A stretch of 27,155 nt of DNA from Paramecium tetraurelia (lineage: Eukaryota): the NCBI GenBank assembly GCA_000165425.1, contig CT868452.1, positions 434,001 through 461,155 of the forward strand, given 5' to 3'. Shown here in pieces: positions 1 through 12,700 of this stretch (positions within the stretch are counted from its first letter, which is position 1; every line of letters starts with the position of its first letter). Position numbers and translations under genes: made by a program. Below the pieces are notes generated by a model. That model worked only from the letters and a program-made list of their open reading frames with translations, did not search any database and was not told where the DNA came from.

Positions 1-312
1 ACCATTCTTTTTCATTTTCGTATTTCTCTACCTTCTCATTAACACTTTTTTAGATTAAAAGTTCATCCCTCACCTTTGAAATTTGAATAGGCAAATAGAA
101 CTACAAATATAAGCATAAGAAATCACATTTCTAATGATTACGGTCCTATTTCCAGGCGTTATACTTCTTTGGTTTTACAGCTGAACTGCTGATTTATTAG
201 TTGCGACGTAAGTTTAAGCATGTACATTTCTATGTAACTGCAATCCTGATTCACTTGGCATCGTTTTTGTATTACTGGTTTTGTTGTTTTGCTCTATTTC
301 TTTTGATTTCAT
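1..312 (-). CDS. Hypothetical protein, 5' part only (runs off the window start); start codon uncertain
   Basis: Code-6 translation MKSKEIEQNNKTSNTKTMPSESGLQLHRN...PGNRTVIIRN. Removing a 26-nt GT..TAG intron (101-126) avoids a TGA and continues FYLPIQISKVRDELLIQKSVNEKVEKYENEKEW to the edge. Confidence 0.6.
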
Positions 313-1115
313 TCTCAATGTTTTTATATACTAATTTATTTAATATCTGGGAGCTACTAGATTTCACCATTTATACTGAGATTTGAAAATATTAAACTTA
401 ATATTGAAGTTAAAATACAGATCATTCAAGCAGTCTTTTGTTCATTAACTAATTTTTTTGATTTCAAAATTCTATATGAAAATCGCTCTTAAAAACGAAT
501 TCAGAAGAGAATATTAGAGATTATTAATCTTTACTTATAATAAGTTACTTTTCTAATTACATGATATTATTGAATAATATTAGTAATTTGCAACAATAAC
601 ACGTTCATGAGGTTAAAATAAAGAATTTTTTATTTAAAAAGTGATTATCTAAGAATACAATTACAAATACCCTTATTAATTGGATCTAATATAAACATTG
701 AATTTATTCTTAGAATTCCTAATTTTTATTTATTTCTTTGTTTTAGATTATTAATTATTTTAAATCAGATGAATTATTTAGATATGATTCAAATATATTT
801 TGGCTATTTAGGTTACATAATCATTATGTTTATAAATTTTGAACTTAACTCAAAATTAATATATATATATGCATGACAATTAGATTTATATTTACTTAGT
901 TTCTTGAGGTCCATGAATATTTAATTTATAATATATCAAAGAATTATTAGTTGTTACTGATATCAAATGTGTATTAATTATTATTTATAGACTAATTAAA
1001 AATTACATCTGGTTAAGTAATAAATTTTGGAAGATATTTAATTAGCACATTTTGACACAAATATTATGAAAAAAAGAAAAAAATAAATTTAATAAAATAT
1101 ATATCGAAATATCTA

Positions 1116-2471
1116 ATGACCTCATAAGGATGTAGTATTATCACCATATTTAGAAAATACTAAACTATATACGTTCTAATCGAACAATACTTAAAGCTCC
1201 CTAAATAAACCAAGAATGGTCAAATATTAAGTTTTAAGAAAATAAACAGGTTTGGGATCGAGGATCATTAGATAACCTGACTCTAGTGTAGAGGAGTAAA
1301 TAATTGAAACTTGCAAGTCACTTATGCCAACAAGACCAGATACACAATAATCAAAATAAAAAAATGGAACTTAATCTGCCTAAGAAAAACCATAAACAAG
1401 AGAGAATCATGCATCTCGACTTAGAACTCCGAAATCAGAGAGTTTATTAAGAATTAAGAGCCAAGAAAATTAAATTGAAGACTTTTAGCCAATCAATTAA
1501 TAATTCAACTATGTGGATGAAATACCTTTGGATCACCCAATTTGGAAACTAATTTTGCCAGATGTTTAAAGTGTTAACATTCCTAAGCTTATAAATGACA
1601 ATCCAGATTATTTCCATCATTAATTAGGTAAATCTAATGGAATAAATTTAATTTCTAGGTTTTTGCGCTTGCTATAAATGTGAATGTGGTTAGTGTAAAT
1701 GTAATTTCTCTAAAAATTGTAAATTGAATTATTAATCTTCTCAAAATACTGTTTATGGCAAAGATTTCTTACATAAACAAACTGGATATAATTCTCTTCG
1801 ACCATTGAATTAAACGTATTACTCCACTCAATTTTTTAATCAAAAACCAATTGATCAGCAAAGTTCACAATAAGTAAGTTTAAAATTTAGAATTTAGACA
1901 TCATACAAGCAATTCAAAATCCCAGTATAAGAAATGCTTAGGCCATAATCACAAGAGCATCGAGGAGATTTCTTAGGCAATAGTAGCTACAAAGTACTCT
2001 ATTCTTAGAGATTTTTAGACTCAATTCAAATTCTGGGGACCACCAGAAACTGCTCATTTTAAAAGGCCAGTTCATTAAAGTGTGAGTGATTAAATACCTT
2101 TCACAGCGCAATCATTATATAAAGATTCATTTGCAAACAAACCTTATCAGAAGCCTAGCGATTCTTTAAAGATGATGACAGAATTGTAAATTTTTATATG
2201 CTTAATTTGAAGGACTCCTTTGCCAACTGGATAACCATTTGTCTCATAATCATAGACCCAATTAGCATATTAACCATTCAGAATTTAAAAAAACCCTAAA
2301 TTAAACAGCGACAAAATCATAGATTATGGTAGAAGTCCTAAATATGATACTCAATATAAAAGTCTAGTGCATACAGAATACACACCAAAAAAATAAAAAT
2401 ATTGTCCTGCAAAGGAATACATAGCTCATTATTAATAAAGAACATAATAAAAATTAAAATAATAATAGTGA
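1116..2471 (+). CDS. SAXO/STOP (FAM154-like) microtubule-stabilising protein, ~408 aa, 5 introns
   Basis: Five GT-AG introns (22, 31, 24, 25, 27 nt) give 409 codons ending TGA at 2469-2471. Contains the Cys motif CACYKCECGQCKC, followed by spaced Mn-like modules TVYGKDF, SSQQTSY, SSYKTQF, SLYKDSF, SQTQLAY and SLVHTEY, which is the SAXO-family layout. Confidence 0.75.
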
Positions 2472-2774
2472 AATAAAATGTATCAATCTTGATAGATTCT
2501 AATATGGTATTTGTAAATTATTCAGTTATAATTTTCGGATTTCTTCATAAAATATTTTATTTAATTACAATAAATGTCAAAATTTTAAGATTAATTGTTA
2601 AATTCCTCAAGATTTGAACCATCTTCGATTCAGTAATAATGTATTAATTAATTTTTTCTTTGAGTGTGAAATAATTTAACTTATGAATGCATTTTTTAAG
2701 ATCTTATATATAATTTAATCTTTTATTAATTTTATTTCGGAATCTGATTATAAATTAAAGTATTTACTTATTAA

Positions 2775-3398
2775 ATGAAGCTAATAAAGTTTGACAAATT
2801 TGATAAGCCTTGCCTTTAATCTTAGCATGAAATCAAAATAACAACCAATCTTATTAGAACTCCAAAATAAAGTCAATCTTAAACATTTATTACATTCAAA
2901 TCATCACCTGTTAATTCAAAAAAAAGTAGTGTTCATCGACAATCAACTCATTTGACACAACACAAAAGCTAAATTTCTCACAACCATATAAATAACAAAA
3001 TCCAAATACTGTCCTAATAAAATGCAATTTTAACATTTTAAGAATGCATTTCCATTCTTTGCGATTTTAAATCCACTTCGCCTTTGCTATTATATAATAA
3101 AAAATTACCTTAAAAAACAAAGGAGAAAATGGACTAAATTTCTAGTATTGTTGATCAAATGTTACCCTAAGACAGTAAGGAAGAGATGAGAAGATCAAAA
3201 ACTCTAAATCAGGAGAAAATTTAATAAATGATGAAGCTCCTCATGTAAGAAAAACAATAAAAATATTAAGCAATAAAATCTGGTGAGAGCTTGATCAAAT
3301 AGTAATAAGAATAAATTTAATCCTTAGTAAATATATTTAATTATATTTTCTAGAAAACCAGAATATCTTTATATAGACCAAGTCATGATGATATATGA
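2775..3398 (+). CDS. Hypothetical protein, ~198 aa, C-terminal coiled coil
   Basis: Code-6 ORF MKLIKFDKFDKPCLQSQHEIK...EKIQQMMKLLMQEKQQKYQAIKSGESLIKQQQEQIQSL/KTRISLYRPSHDDI* with one probable 27-nt intron (3327-3353). No recognisable domain. Confidence 0.7.
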
Positions 3399-3409
3399 AT
3401 GTAAAATAT

Positions 3410-4965
3410 TCAAATTATTGTTTCTCTTCTACTATCATAATATAATGTCTTATTTAGCATCTTACTTAATTTCGTTTTTTTCTGTTTTTAAATACCCACT
3501 TTGAATGGTGAATCTACTGATGTTGAAATTCTAGGAGTGTTTATTTTAACTGAATTGTTTTATACTGATTGAACTTATTGATCATAAATAGATTTTCCAT
3601 ATTCCAAAATTCTTCGATCTAACAGGAGGATTAGATTTGTTAGATCCTTCTCTTTGTAGTCGGATGGAATTTAAGAAGTTTCACAGAATTCTTAAATCAC
3701 ATCGATAATCCTTTTTAATTGATCGAAAGCTGTTTTGGATGTTTTTTCAAGGAGTGAGACTTTTGATAATAAAATAGCCACCTTATTTGGTAAATCAGAT
3801 TAAATTTAATTTTTCTCCCTTTTTTATTTGATTATATATTTACTATTGCTAGAGGAGTGCAATATTTTTAAGCATCGATTTGATAAGTTATTTCTTTTAA
3901 ACTAATTCAGTAGATATTAAATCAAATTATTCATTTACACTATTTTCGAATTAAGTTTCGACAATTTCAAATTTTTAAACTTGCTCTTTTACTACTTATA
4001 ATTAATCTTGAAAGCTTTATTGCCTATTTTTGAAGTAAAAAAGTTCCTCCTCAACCTTTTTGAATGCCGTATGTATTTCAAATTTAACCACTTTTGAATT
4101 ATTGACTTCTAATTCTTAAAATAATTAAGCCAATGATTTTACTTTGCTTTGAACGACTTCATTGTCTAAAATAATTGCTTAGCATTTACCTTATTTTTAT
4201 TCTTAAATTATGTTCTTCATTTTATCAACTTCTTTCTCAAATTCAAAGATTTTATACTACTCCTTTTCAATATTTTCAATTTTTGATGTCAACTATTCAT
4301 TTTATTATTTAATCGTTTATCTGTTATCTCGATTAAGTTTGTGCAAAGTTTAAGAATCTTATTTAATTAAAGTATTAGCCTGTTGCAATTACTAAATGGC
4401 TTACTTCATGTCGATCTGAATATCAAATTAAATAAATACAATATGTTATTCAGTGTATAGTTTGAGTGCATACTTTGTTTGGAATTATTGAATTTAATCT
4501 TATAATTTATTAATCCTCTCATCAGAACTAGATTTGAATTAACGAATATCGCTTTTGGTTAAATAGATATCAGACACAAAGGATTTAAAATCATTGAACT
4601 TTTCACTTTGAGTGTAGATGAGTGAGTCCAATTGTTTTTTAATTTCTTTTGTTTCACATTGAACGTTACTTTCGATTAATTCTAAAGATTAATATATTTT
4701 TAAGACCTATCAGATAATTTTCTTGCTACTGTTTTTCCTTAGCAAATTTGAGCTCTACCTCTTCTAAATCCTTGTAATTTGGAAAGAATTTATTATTACT
4801 ATTGACACTGATATAGATGCAACTGCTGATATACTCTTATTCTAAGCATTTTTCCAAAATCTCTCGTTGCTGATTACAATTGTAATTATGAATCTTGAAA
4901 ATTTGTTAGAAAGCATCGAAAATCTCATTAAATTTCAACAGTGTTGTAATAATTATTTCTTACAT
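3410..4965 (-). CDS. Hypothetical coiled-coil protein, ~490 aa, 3 introns
   Basis: MQEIIITTLLKFNEIFDAFQQIFKIHN... stays open to TGA (3410-3412) with short introns near 4682-4706, 4416-4439 and 4166-4189. Sequence is E/K/Q/L-rich and heptad-like. Confidence 0.75.
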
Positions 4966-4992
4966 AATGTTATTTATATTAATAATAAATCA

Positions 4993-5996
4993 TCATAAGA
5001 AATAGTCTGCGATAGTTTTTTTTGAATTCGATGCTCTATCAGTTGGAGCAGCCTCGAACAACTTATAATATTTCTTAAGGTTCTCATCCAACTCAAGAAT
5101 AGAAGCAACATTGCCACACCTAAAATTAAAATGAATTAGAACCTATAGCAATAATTTGGAGCTGACCAAACAGTGACTAAAGAATTATCAAACATGAGTT
5201 TGAATCCTTCCATTGCTAGTTGATGTGCTCTGCAAATCAAAGAAATGCCATTTCTACGATTAAATTCCTTCACAACATCTGCTCCGAAAACAAAACCTGC
5301 TCCCCTAGCACTCTGACTCCATCCTTCAATTTCTACAACATTTAATATAACAAAAAACCATCAGGATCAGACCACATCAAGTCACACATAACACCTTCGT
5401 GAGGCACTTCCTACTTTCTATTAATGATTCGAATTTCATCAATTGTTTTGATATAGGGACTCAAACCACCATGTACGCAGAAAATGCTGTCATTGACTAC
5501 TGCTGCCAATGCCAAATAATCAAAAACTTCAGTGCAATACTTCCAAACATTCAAAGTGCTGTACTTTCTTAAACATTCATCATAGAATCCATATACTTAA
5601 GTAATTTGTCTAGATTCATGATTTCCTCGAATTCTCTTATAATATTTATATTTACAATGTTATCTAATCTGGATATCTCACTTTCAAAGCCAACAATAAT
5701 AAGAAAGTCTCAACACTATTATATCCTCTATCCACAAAATCTCCCAAGAATAAGTAGTTAGTTTCGGGAACATCTCCTCCTACCTTAAATAATTCCATTA
5801 AATCTTAAAATTATCCATGAATGTCTCCACAAATCTATATAGTAATTTATTTTACAGTCACAGGAGCTTCAACTCTTATGACATTATCTTCATTATTTAG
5901 TATATCCTTTGCCTTGTTACATAATATTTTGACATCTGTTTCCTTTAGATTCTCCCCATTTTTTAATGTTTCTATCCATTAATCAATATCTGACAT
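4993..5996 (-). CDS. PPP4C: Serine/threonine protein phosphatase 4 catalytic subunit (PPP family), 303 aa, 4 introns
   Basis: Motifs [95 protein letters not shown] and a C-terminal IADYFL. The GGDVPETNY and ADYFL signatures favour PP4 over PP2A or PP6. Introns of 21, 22, 26 and 23 nt give 304 codons. Confidence 0.93.
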
Positions 5997-6183
5997 TTAA
6001 TTAGAAGAAATATTTTATTTTTTTTGATTAATTATATTTTAAAGAATTTAAATAATAAATATTTATATATAATTTATTTTGATAATCAAATTAGGGTATT
6101 ATTATTCGTGATGTTAACTAGTATTTTAATTACTCTGTTTTTTAAAATATTGATATAATTTCTTTTATTAAATTTCAACTTAT

Positions 6184-6399
6184 ACTTCATCTGTTAATAG
6201 TAGAGAGATGAGATTTGCTCAGAAAACAAGCTACAATTTAAAAAGTGATTCATATAGTGTATATTTGTAAATGACAGAGGTGTAGAGTGATTAGAGAATA
6301 GTATTAAAAATGAGATTAGACAAAGTTTATTTTTTAAAAATATCATAATAAAACAAAGTACAATTTGATAGATTATTGTTTTTTTAAGAGTTTTTGAAT
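6184..6399 (+). repeat. Degenerate non-coding repeat, copy A
   Basis: 6252-6320 aligns to the reverse complement of 16962-17032 (56/71 by hand). 6184-6259 aligns to the reverse complement of 15989-16067. 6356-6399 aligns to the reverse complement of 16869-16915. Confidence 0.65.
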
Positions 6400-6700
6400 T
6401 TGATATGAAATTACTATTATGTTTACTTTTTAATTTTAACTATTCTAATTAAACAATTTATAAGAAAAATCAGGATTCTAAAATTTTTATATTTCAATTA
6501 AAGGAGCTAAAATTATTACCCTTCCTCTTGTTAATTGATTAGTAACATTCATTAATAAGGTAGGAGTAATCTCTGTTATGATATTAACTTAGATAAACCA
6601 AATTTAGGAAATGTAGATTATAGATGGATAATTAAATCAACCCAAACACCACTAAAAATCTTTATTTAATAACAATATTATTTTGATGAATTTTTATATT

Positions 6701-9700
6701 TCAACCTTTTAGGTTATGATATTTTCTACTTACAACTTCAGCCCAAGTCTTTGAAAGATTTTCAACTTTAAAATTTTATTTCAACTCAGATTTAATATTA
6801 CTACTCTACATTTCATTTACAATCGATTATAATTATGTGGCATTCCCTTATTCGGTACAACAATGGATATATATCTGATTTTTTACACGATCCTCTAAGT
6901 TTGTAAATAATTTGACTGATTTTTTAGGGTAAAAACCTGCCCCATCAGTATAAAATAAAATTTCAGTTCTTGATATATTTATGTATATTACCTATCAAAT
7001 CCATCATTTTAGTGCTCAATAATTAATTTATATGCTTCTTAAAATGCATTCTCAAAACTAGTAAGTCCACCAGAAATTGTTATTTTGTTTTCCATTTCAG
7101 CCACATTGACTTTTTCACAATTAATAACAACTCTAGCTTTGTAATTAAAAATAATCACACTCACTTTAGCATTAAAATTTTTCTCTATTTATCCTATGCA
7201 ATATAAACAACCAAATTTTGCAGAATTCCAACGATTTTTGAAATTCATTGACCAAGAATCATCAATCATAAAAATATAATGCATTTTAGGCTATCCACTT
7301 AATTCACTTTTTGGCACAAATTTGATACTTGGATTTTTTAACATTATTTTTAACTATTCACATACCATTTATCCAGTTCCTTAATTCCATACTTTCATCA
7401 TCTTTTGTTTAAGAGCTAATTACTGTGTTTCATCTAACCCTTTAAATATCCAATCGTCATATATTTTTCTTATCTCCTTCCATTTTTTTGCTTCATTTGT
7501 TTCTTATGTAACAATTAAACATTCGTCATCCATTTCATCGCAAGTGAATAAGGAAGGAATATTTTCTATTAACACTCCATTCATCCCTTTGTAATATTAA
7601 ATAAAAATACCTCTTAAATAATGACCATTAGAACATTTATGTTTGTGGCCGCCATTTGAATAAGGTTAATCACACTTGCGCTTGCACATTGGGCAAGTAT
7701 GTCGACAGCCTACCATATTTAATTCTATAGTTTTTATCTCTTCATAACTAATAAATTTTTCTAAAGTTAAAGTTTCTTCCTTTGCTTTTTAAATATGTAG
7801 TCTTATCTACTTTGACAATTCGGAAACGAAAGGTTTTAAGAGTTAAATTTATCGTTCTGATTATTAAAACTATGATTTATCAAAAATCTTGACTTCTATC
7901 TTTTGATAATTATCAAAGCAAAAGATTTCCTTCTGCTCTTTCTAAAACTCATATTTACTTTTTATTTATGATTCACCCTGAAGACATTATATGATCAATT
8001 CAAAAAGTTCACTTTCATAATCTTCATCATTGATCTTATAATTCTCATTAATTACAAAATATTCTTTCGATTTAATTGGGTCTTATACCTCAGTATATGT
8101 TTTTAATTTTTATACGTTAACATTAATTTTTTCTAAAATTATTTTTAGTTCATTTCTTAATTTAATTTCAAATAGACCTTTGATTTCAACTTCTATTTTG
8201 TTCACCTTATTTTTCACATAATTTTCAATAAATTTAGTTTAATCTGTTATATATTAGAATATTTATTGATCATTATATTATTTTTCTTATATATCATCTT
8301 AATAGTTCTCTAAAATTGTTTTATCTAGCTCTTATATTAATTGTGTATTAGTAATAGTGTTCTTGTTTTTGATTTCTTTACCAAAATTTGCTTAATTGTC
8401 TCTATAAAATTTTTCAATATAATTTTGATAAAAATTGGAAATAAGAGTCTTAGCTTTTAATATACTTTGTTCTGTTTTATTTTATTTTATGTCAGCAATA
8501 AATTTCTCTAATTAATTTATTTAAGGCTCTAAAATTTTAAATTACTATCCTAAACTCCTTTGCCTTTTTTATAGCAAGTAAATCTCCAAATTATTAAAAT
8601 TGAATAATAATAGATACATCTCTCTCCAGTTCCACTTAAGATTATGCCAAAATTAGCAAAAGATTTATTATAATTGATGATTTCCTACTCAATTTTAGAC
8701 ATAATAATTTTTATCAAACTTGTGTTCTATTATGAAATCTCTTCACTATCAGAATTGTCTTGCTTATTTTTTTCTTGATGAGATTTTGTCATTTCTGATT
8801 TAATTACATCATAAATTGAAAAATACATCATTTACCAACTATTTAACTTTTCAAGTTTTGAAAACCAATTCTTTTAGCAATTTTCTTATTACAATTATAT
8901 TTAATTTTCATTAAACATTGCTGTTGAAAAATATTTAATAAAACTAAGTTAAAAGTTTTCTTAATAATTAATTTCTTTGATCTATATGTACTTTAAGCTG
9001 GCTTCTAATTAATACTATTTTTGAGAAACAGGGATTGTTTTTGTCTCTCTGAATACAATGATATGTTCAAAATTTTGGATATATTCCTAAACTTATTTTT
9101 CTGTAGATAAGGTAATTTATGTAGTATTTAATTTTAAGCCTTTATTAATTTCAATAATAGTTTTCTTATATGTATCCTTTGTATAATCGAAGGAGGCTTA
9201 TGGTTGTTTTTAGAACTATTTACAAGACACTTAAAATGATTTGAAAGCCTTTATCACTGACTCTTAAAAATTATTCCAATTTTTCCAATTTTAGGGATTT
9301 TAGAATACTTCTAGTATTTTTTTTTTTTTTTTATTATCATGATCAATTTTGAAATAGTCCAATAGTGCCAATAATTGTGAAATCTGGTTACTGATCTATT
9401 ATAAAGTGTTTGGGTCATAGCATTCTTATTTCTATTATAATCCTTAAAATTTATCTAATATTTGTATTAAATCTCCAATTAATCCTACTTCTTCTGTATT
9501 ACAATTAAATTTTTTTCCAGATTTAACTGATTTTTAGCTTTTATATTTTTTTCCCTAATATATGTAATCATCCAAAATGTTTTTCTCAACAAAATCTAAG
9601 GTGATTACAAATTAGTAATAATTGTTAATATCCATCACATCATATTTTGTCTTAGGTTTTTTCATCCGATCCTCTAAATTTTAATTAAAAATCTCTGCAT

Positions 9701-12700
9701 ATCTCATTGTTTCTATTGTATTAAGAACTGTTCGAAATTAAATTTAATTTGATAATTCTGTCTCGAAAATTGCATAAATTTTAAATTTTTCATCGAAATC
9801 TTATCGAAAAGGTGAATTATTATTAATATTCTCAAGAAACGAGGATACATATTTTTGCTCATTATCTGTAGTTAATTTGTACTCATTGAATGAAGAGGAA
9901 ATATATTCATATTATTTGGCAGAATACTCTCTTAATATTTCTCTTTGTTGTTATTCCGATTCAGTTTTTATACCTCCCCATAATCTTTCAAATTCAGTAT
10001 TAATTTAATTAAGATTGTCCTTTAGTTTAGTTAGCTATTCTGGATCCTTACTAACTTAAAGAATAAAGTTGTCAAGCGACTTGAATCCTTTGTTATTTTG
10101 ATACTCTCTTTCGATATCTTTTATCTATTCAAATACTATAACTTCCGAATCTTTTAAGGAGCTATTAATATGCTGGCTTAATCGCTTTTGATATTTAAGA
10201 TAAATCTTTTTCTAAATTTGTTTATCCTATTTAAATTAAAGCAATTTTTCATTAAGATCTTTTTCAATATTGAAAAACGTTATTCGAAGCTCCTCATTTT
10301 TTTCAGCTTAAATTTGATTAAATAAATTCAAATTTTACACAGGACTGCTGAGCACTTTATCTATAATTTCCATTCCAATTTGATTTTTAAAGCTAAATTT
10401 GTCATCATCATAAATTTCATCAAGTTTATTTTTCATTAATTAATCATGCTTATATGAAATTAATTCAGCAAATTCCAATAAATCAGGTAAATTACAAATA
10501 GTTTACCAATTAGTATTTATATTTTATATGAATAAGCTTAAACTTTACATTTTAGATGTTTCAGTTTAAGATTCAAACTTTTGAATAAAACTTTTAATCA
10601 TCCTTATCCCATAAAGATAAGCTTCTTCTGAATAAGATTCATTAATTATTAATTATCTCCAATCTTTATTGATACCTAAGCTTTGATTGTTTCTCCATAA
10701 TTTTTCAATGCATGCAAATCCCAATATTTAAATATTGTCTTTTGAAATATTCAAAAATTCATTAGAATCTATTGTTTAATTTTTTCCATCTAACTTATGA
10801 TTGTGTTCTAAATTTAAGCTATTAGCAATTCCCTATATCTATTCTAAAAATGGAGCAAAGTTGTTAGCATCATTATTTTAATTAAAACACCAACTTAATT
10901 ATTTAATAGAAGAGAGATTAGTTTTCATGGACACTAAAGTAAATATGCACATTTCAACTAGATTTTTAAATTGTTGATGTATATCTCCCTTAACATTAAT
11001 CAAAATTATGTCACTTATGGATAAGATTAAAAGTGCAATTTTTTTATCAAATTCAGAATCATCCTTATTTGGACTCTATAATCCCTCTGTGTCAAGTATT
11101 AATATATAATCAAATAAATTATTAAAGTACTCCTTATAAGATATTTTCAATAAATTTAAATAAATACCCTTTGTACATCTGCCAACGCTTGTCCAAAAAT
11201 GACAGCCAAATATTTTATTTAAAATAGTTGATTTACCGGAACTTTAAGGTCCTAAAACACTTAATACCAAAACCTTCTCTTTTCCTAAATTTGTGAATTT
11301 ATTTTTAAGTTAATCCAAAAAATTTTCATTTATTTTGAGAGAGTCACCATCTAGAAATTCAAAAGGTTCCCCTTTTTTAATCATTTCATATACTTTTTCT
11401 GCTGGATCGATTAATGTGTTTGCAATACTTCTTTGTTTAATGGCAATCAGTTCTCTCCAAAATATTTCTATCCCAATGTTTCTGCACCCTATAAATTCTA
11501 AATTTTTTTTTAGTTCCTCTTTGAGTTTTTGCTTTTATTATTTAATTTCTTTACTTTTTTTATCAAAATATATTAGCTTTTCTGTGTCATTCTTAATTTC
11601 AGCCTTTTTAAGCTTTATTTGATCTCTCTCTTTTTTGAGCTTCATTAATTAATCATTTATTTATTAATTTTTTTCCTACAATTCATAAGTGTGTCTATCA
11701 TTAAATTTTCTAACTTAATCAGTGAATTATAAATAAAGAATATAGTATGACCTTTTTTTTAATATATTGCAAAACATCTTTAAAAGTCTTGATAACTCTG
11801 AGTTCTTAATTGATTCCTCTAAATTTGTTATTTATTGTGTTATTTTTTCATTTTCTATATTGTATTGAGATTTATCAACCATGCTTAAGTTTTAATTTGA
11901 ATTATTTCTTTATTGCATAAGTTCGTTTTCTCTTACTCTTAATTTCTTTGATTAATATCCTATTGATCTGATTGGAAAGGCTTCTTTCTCATAAAACCCC
12001 AAAGGCATTTAAATTAATCTGTTTAGTTCACTTTCTAAATCTTTTAATATATCCCTATCATCTATGAATTAGGGAGAAATTTTTTTTTCTTCGGTATCAA
12101 AATTTTATATAATACTTAAAAAATCTTAATTAGAAACTAATGACTATTAATCCTTTTAAGCAATCTCATTAAAAATAAATGCTTAAGCATGTTAAATTTC
12201 AAGCTCTTTTTATTATTTATCCAAACCTCTTTAAGCTAAATCCATTATTTTATGAAGTTTTATTCCTTCTTTTTTAATTTGCTCTAAAAGTTTCTGATAA
12301 TCATTATTAATTTTATTCTCTTCTAAATCTCCTTTGTAATTTCTTATTATAAAACATACCTTATGATTATCGATTTATAGAGCATTCTTGATTTTTTGTA
12401 ACTAGAAATAATTTTCTTTAAGTTCTTATTCTGAATCAAATTATATAATCCACAATCGAAACAATGGCAAAATCTTAACCAAAATTTCAATAGGTATTTA
12501 GCCATGAGCATCAGCTACAGTAAAGTTTCTTGACCCATTAAATTATGTATCAAACATAATATCAATAGTATTATTGTTTATTTGGCAGGTATCCTAAGTC
12601 TCAAATTTTTCTTATTGATAAAATAATTAATTGATTAATTCTGTTTTGCCAATTTAAGCTTATTTTAAGCTTAATGAAAAATTTATGATAGAAATGGAGG

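Noticed and set aside
6208..6408. 66-aa ORF MRFAQKTSYNLK... over repeat copy A
   Set aside because: The frame is not preserved in copies B and C (non-triplet indels), so the repeat looks non-coding.
7587..7610. Stop-free 3n introns (also 3327-3353, 4166-4189, 18880-18903) as alternative-splicing switches
   Set aside because: Retention and splicing cannot be distinguished without RNA data; this affects only 8-9 residues each.
8584..8617. 34-nt GT..GAG candidate intron to fix the VLIG frame
   Set aside because: Its removal leads into the third frame, which soon hits TGA, and it deletes a well-formed segment (CIYYYSILIIWR).
9317..9332. T16 homopolymer (also T12 at 14055-14066) in the VLIG CDS
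   Set aside because: Both are in frame (poly-Lys) and do not break the gene.
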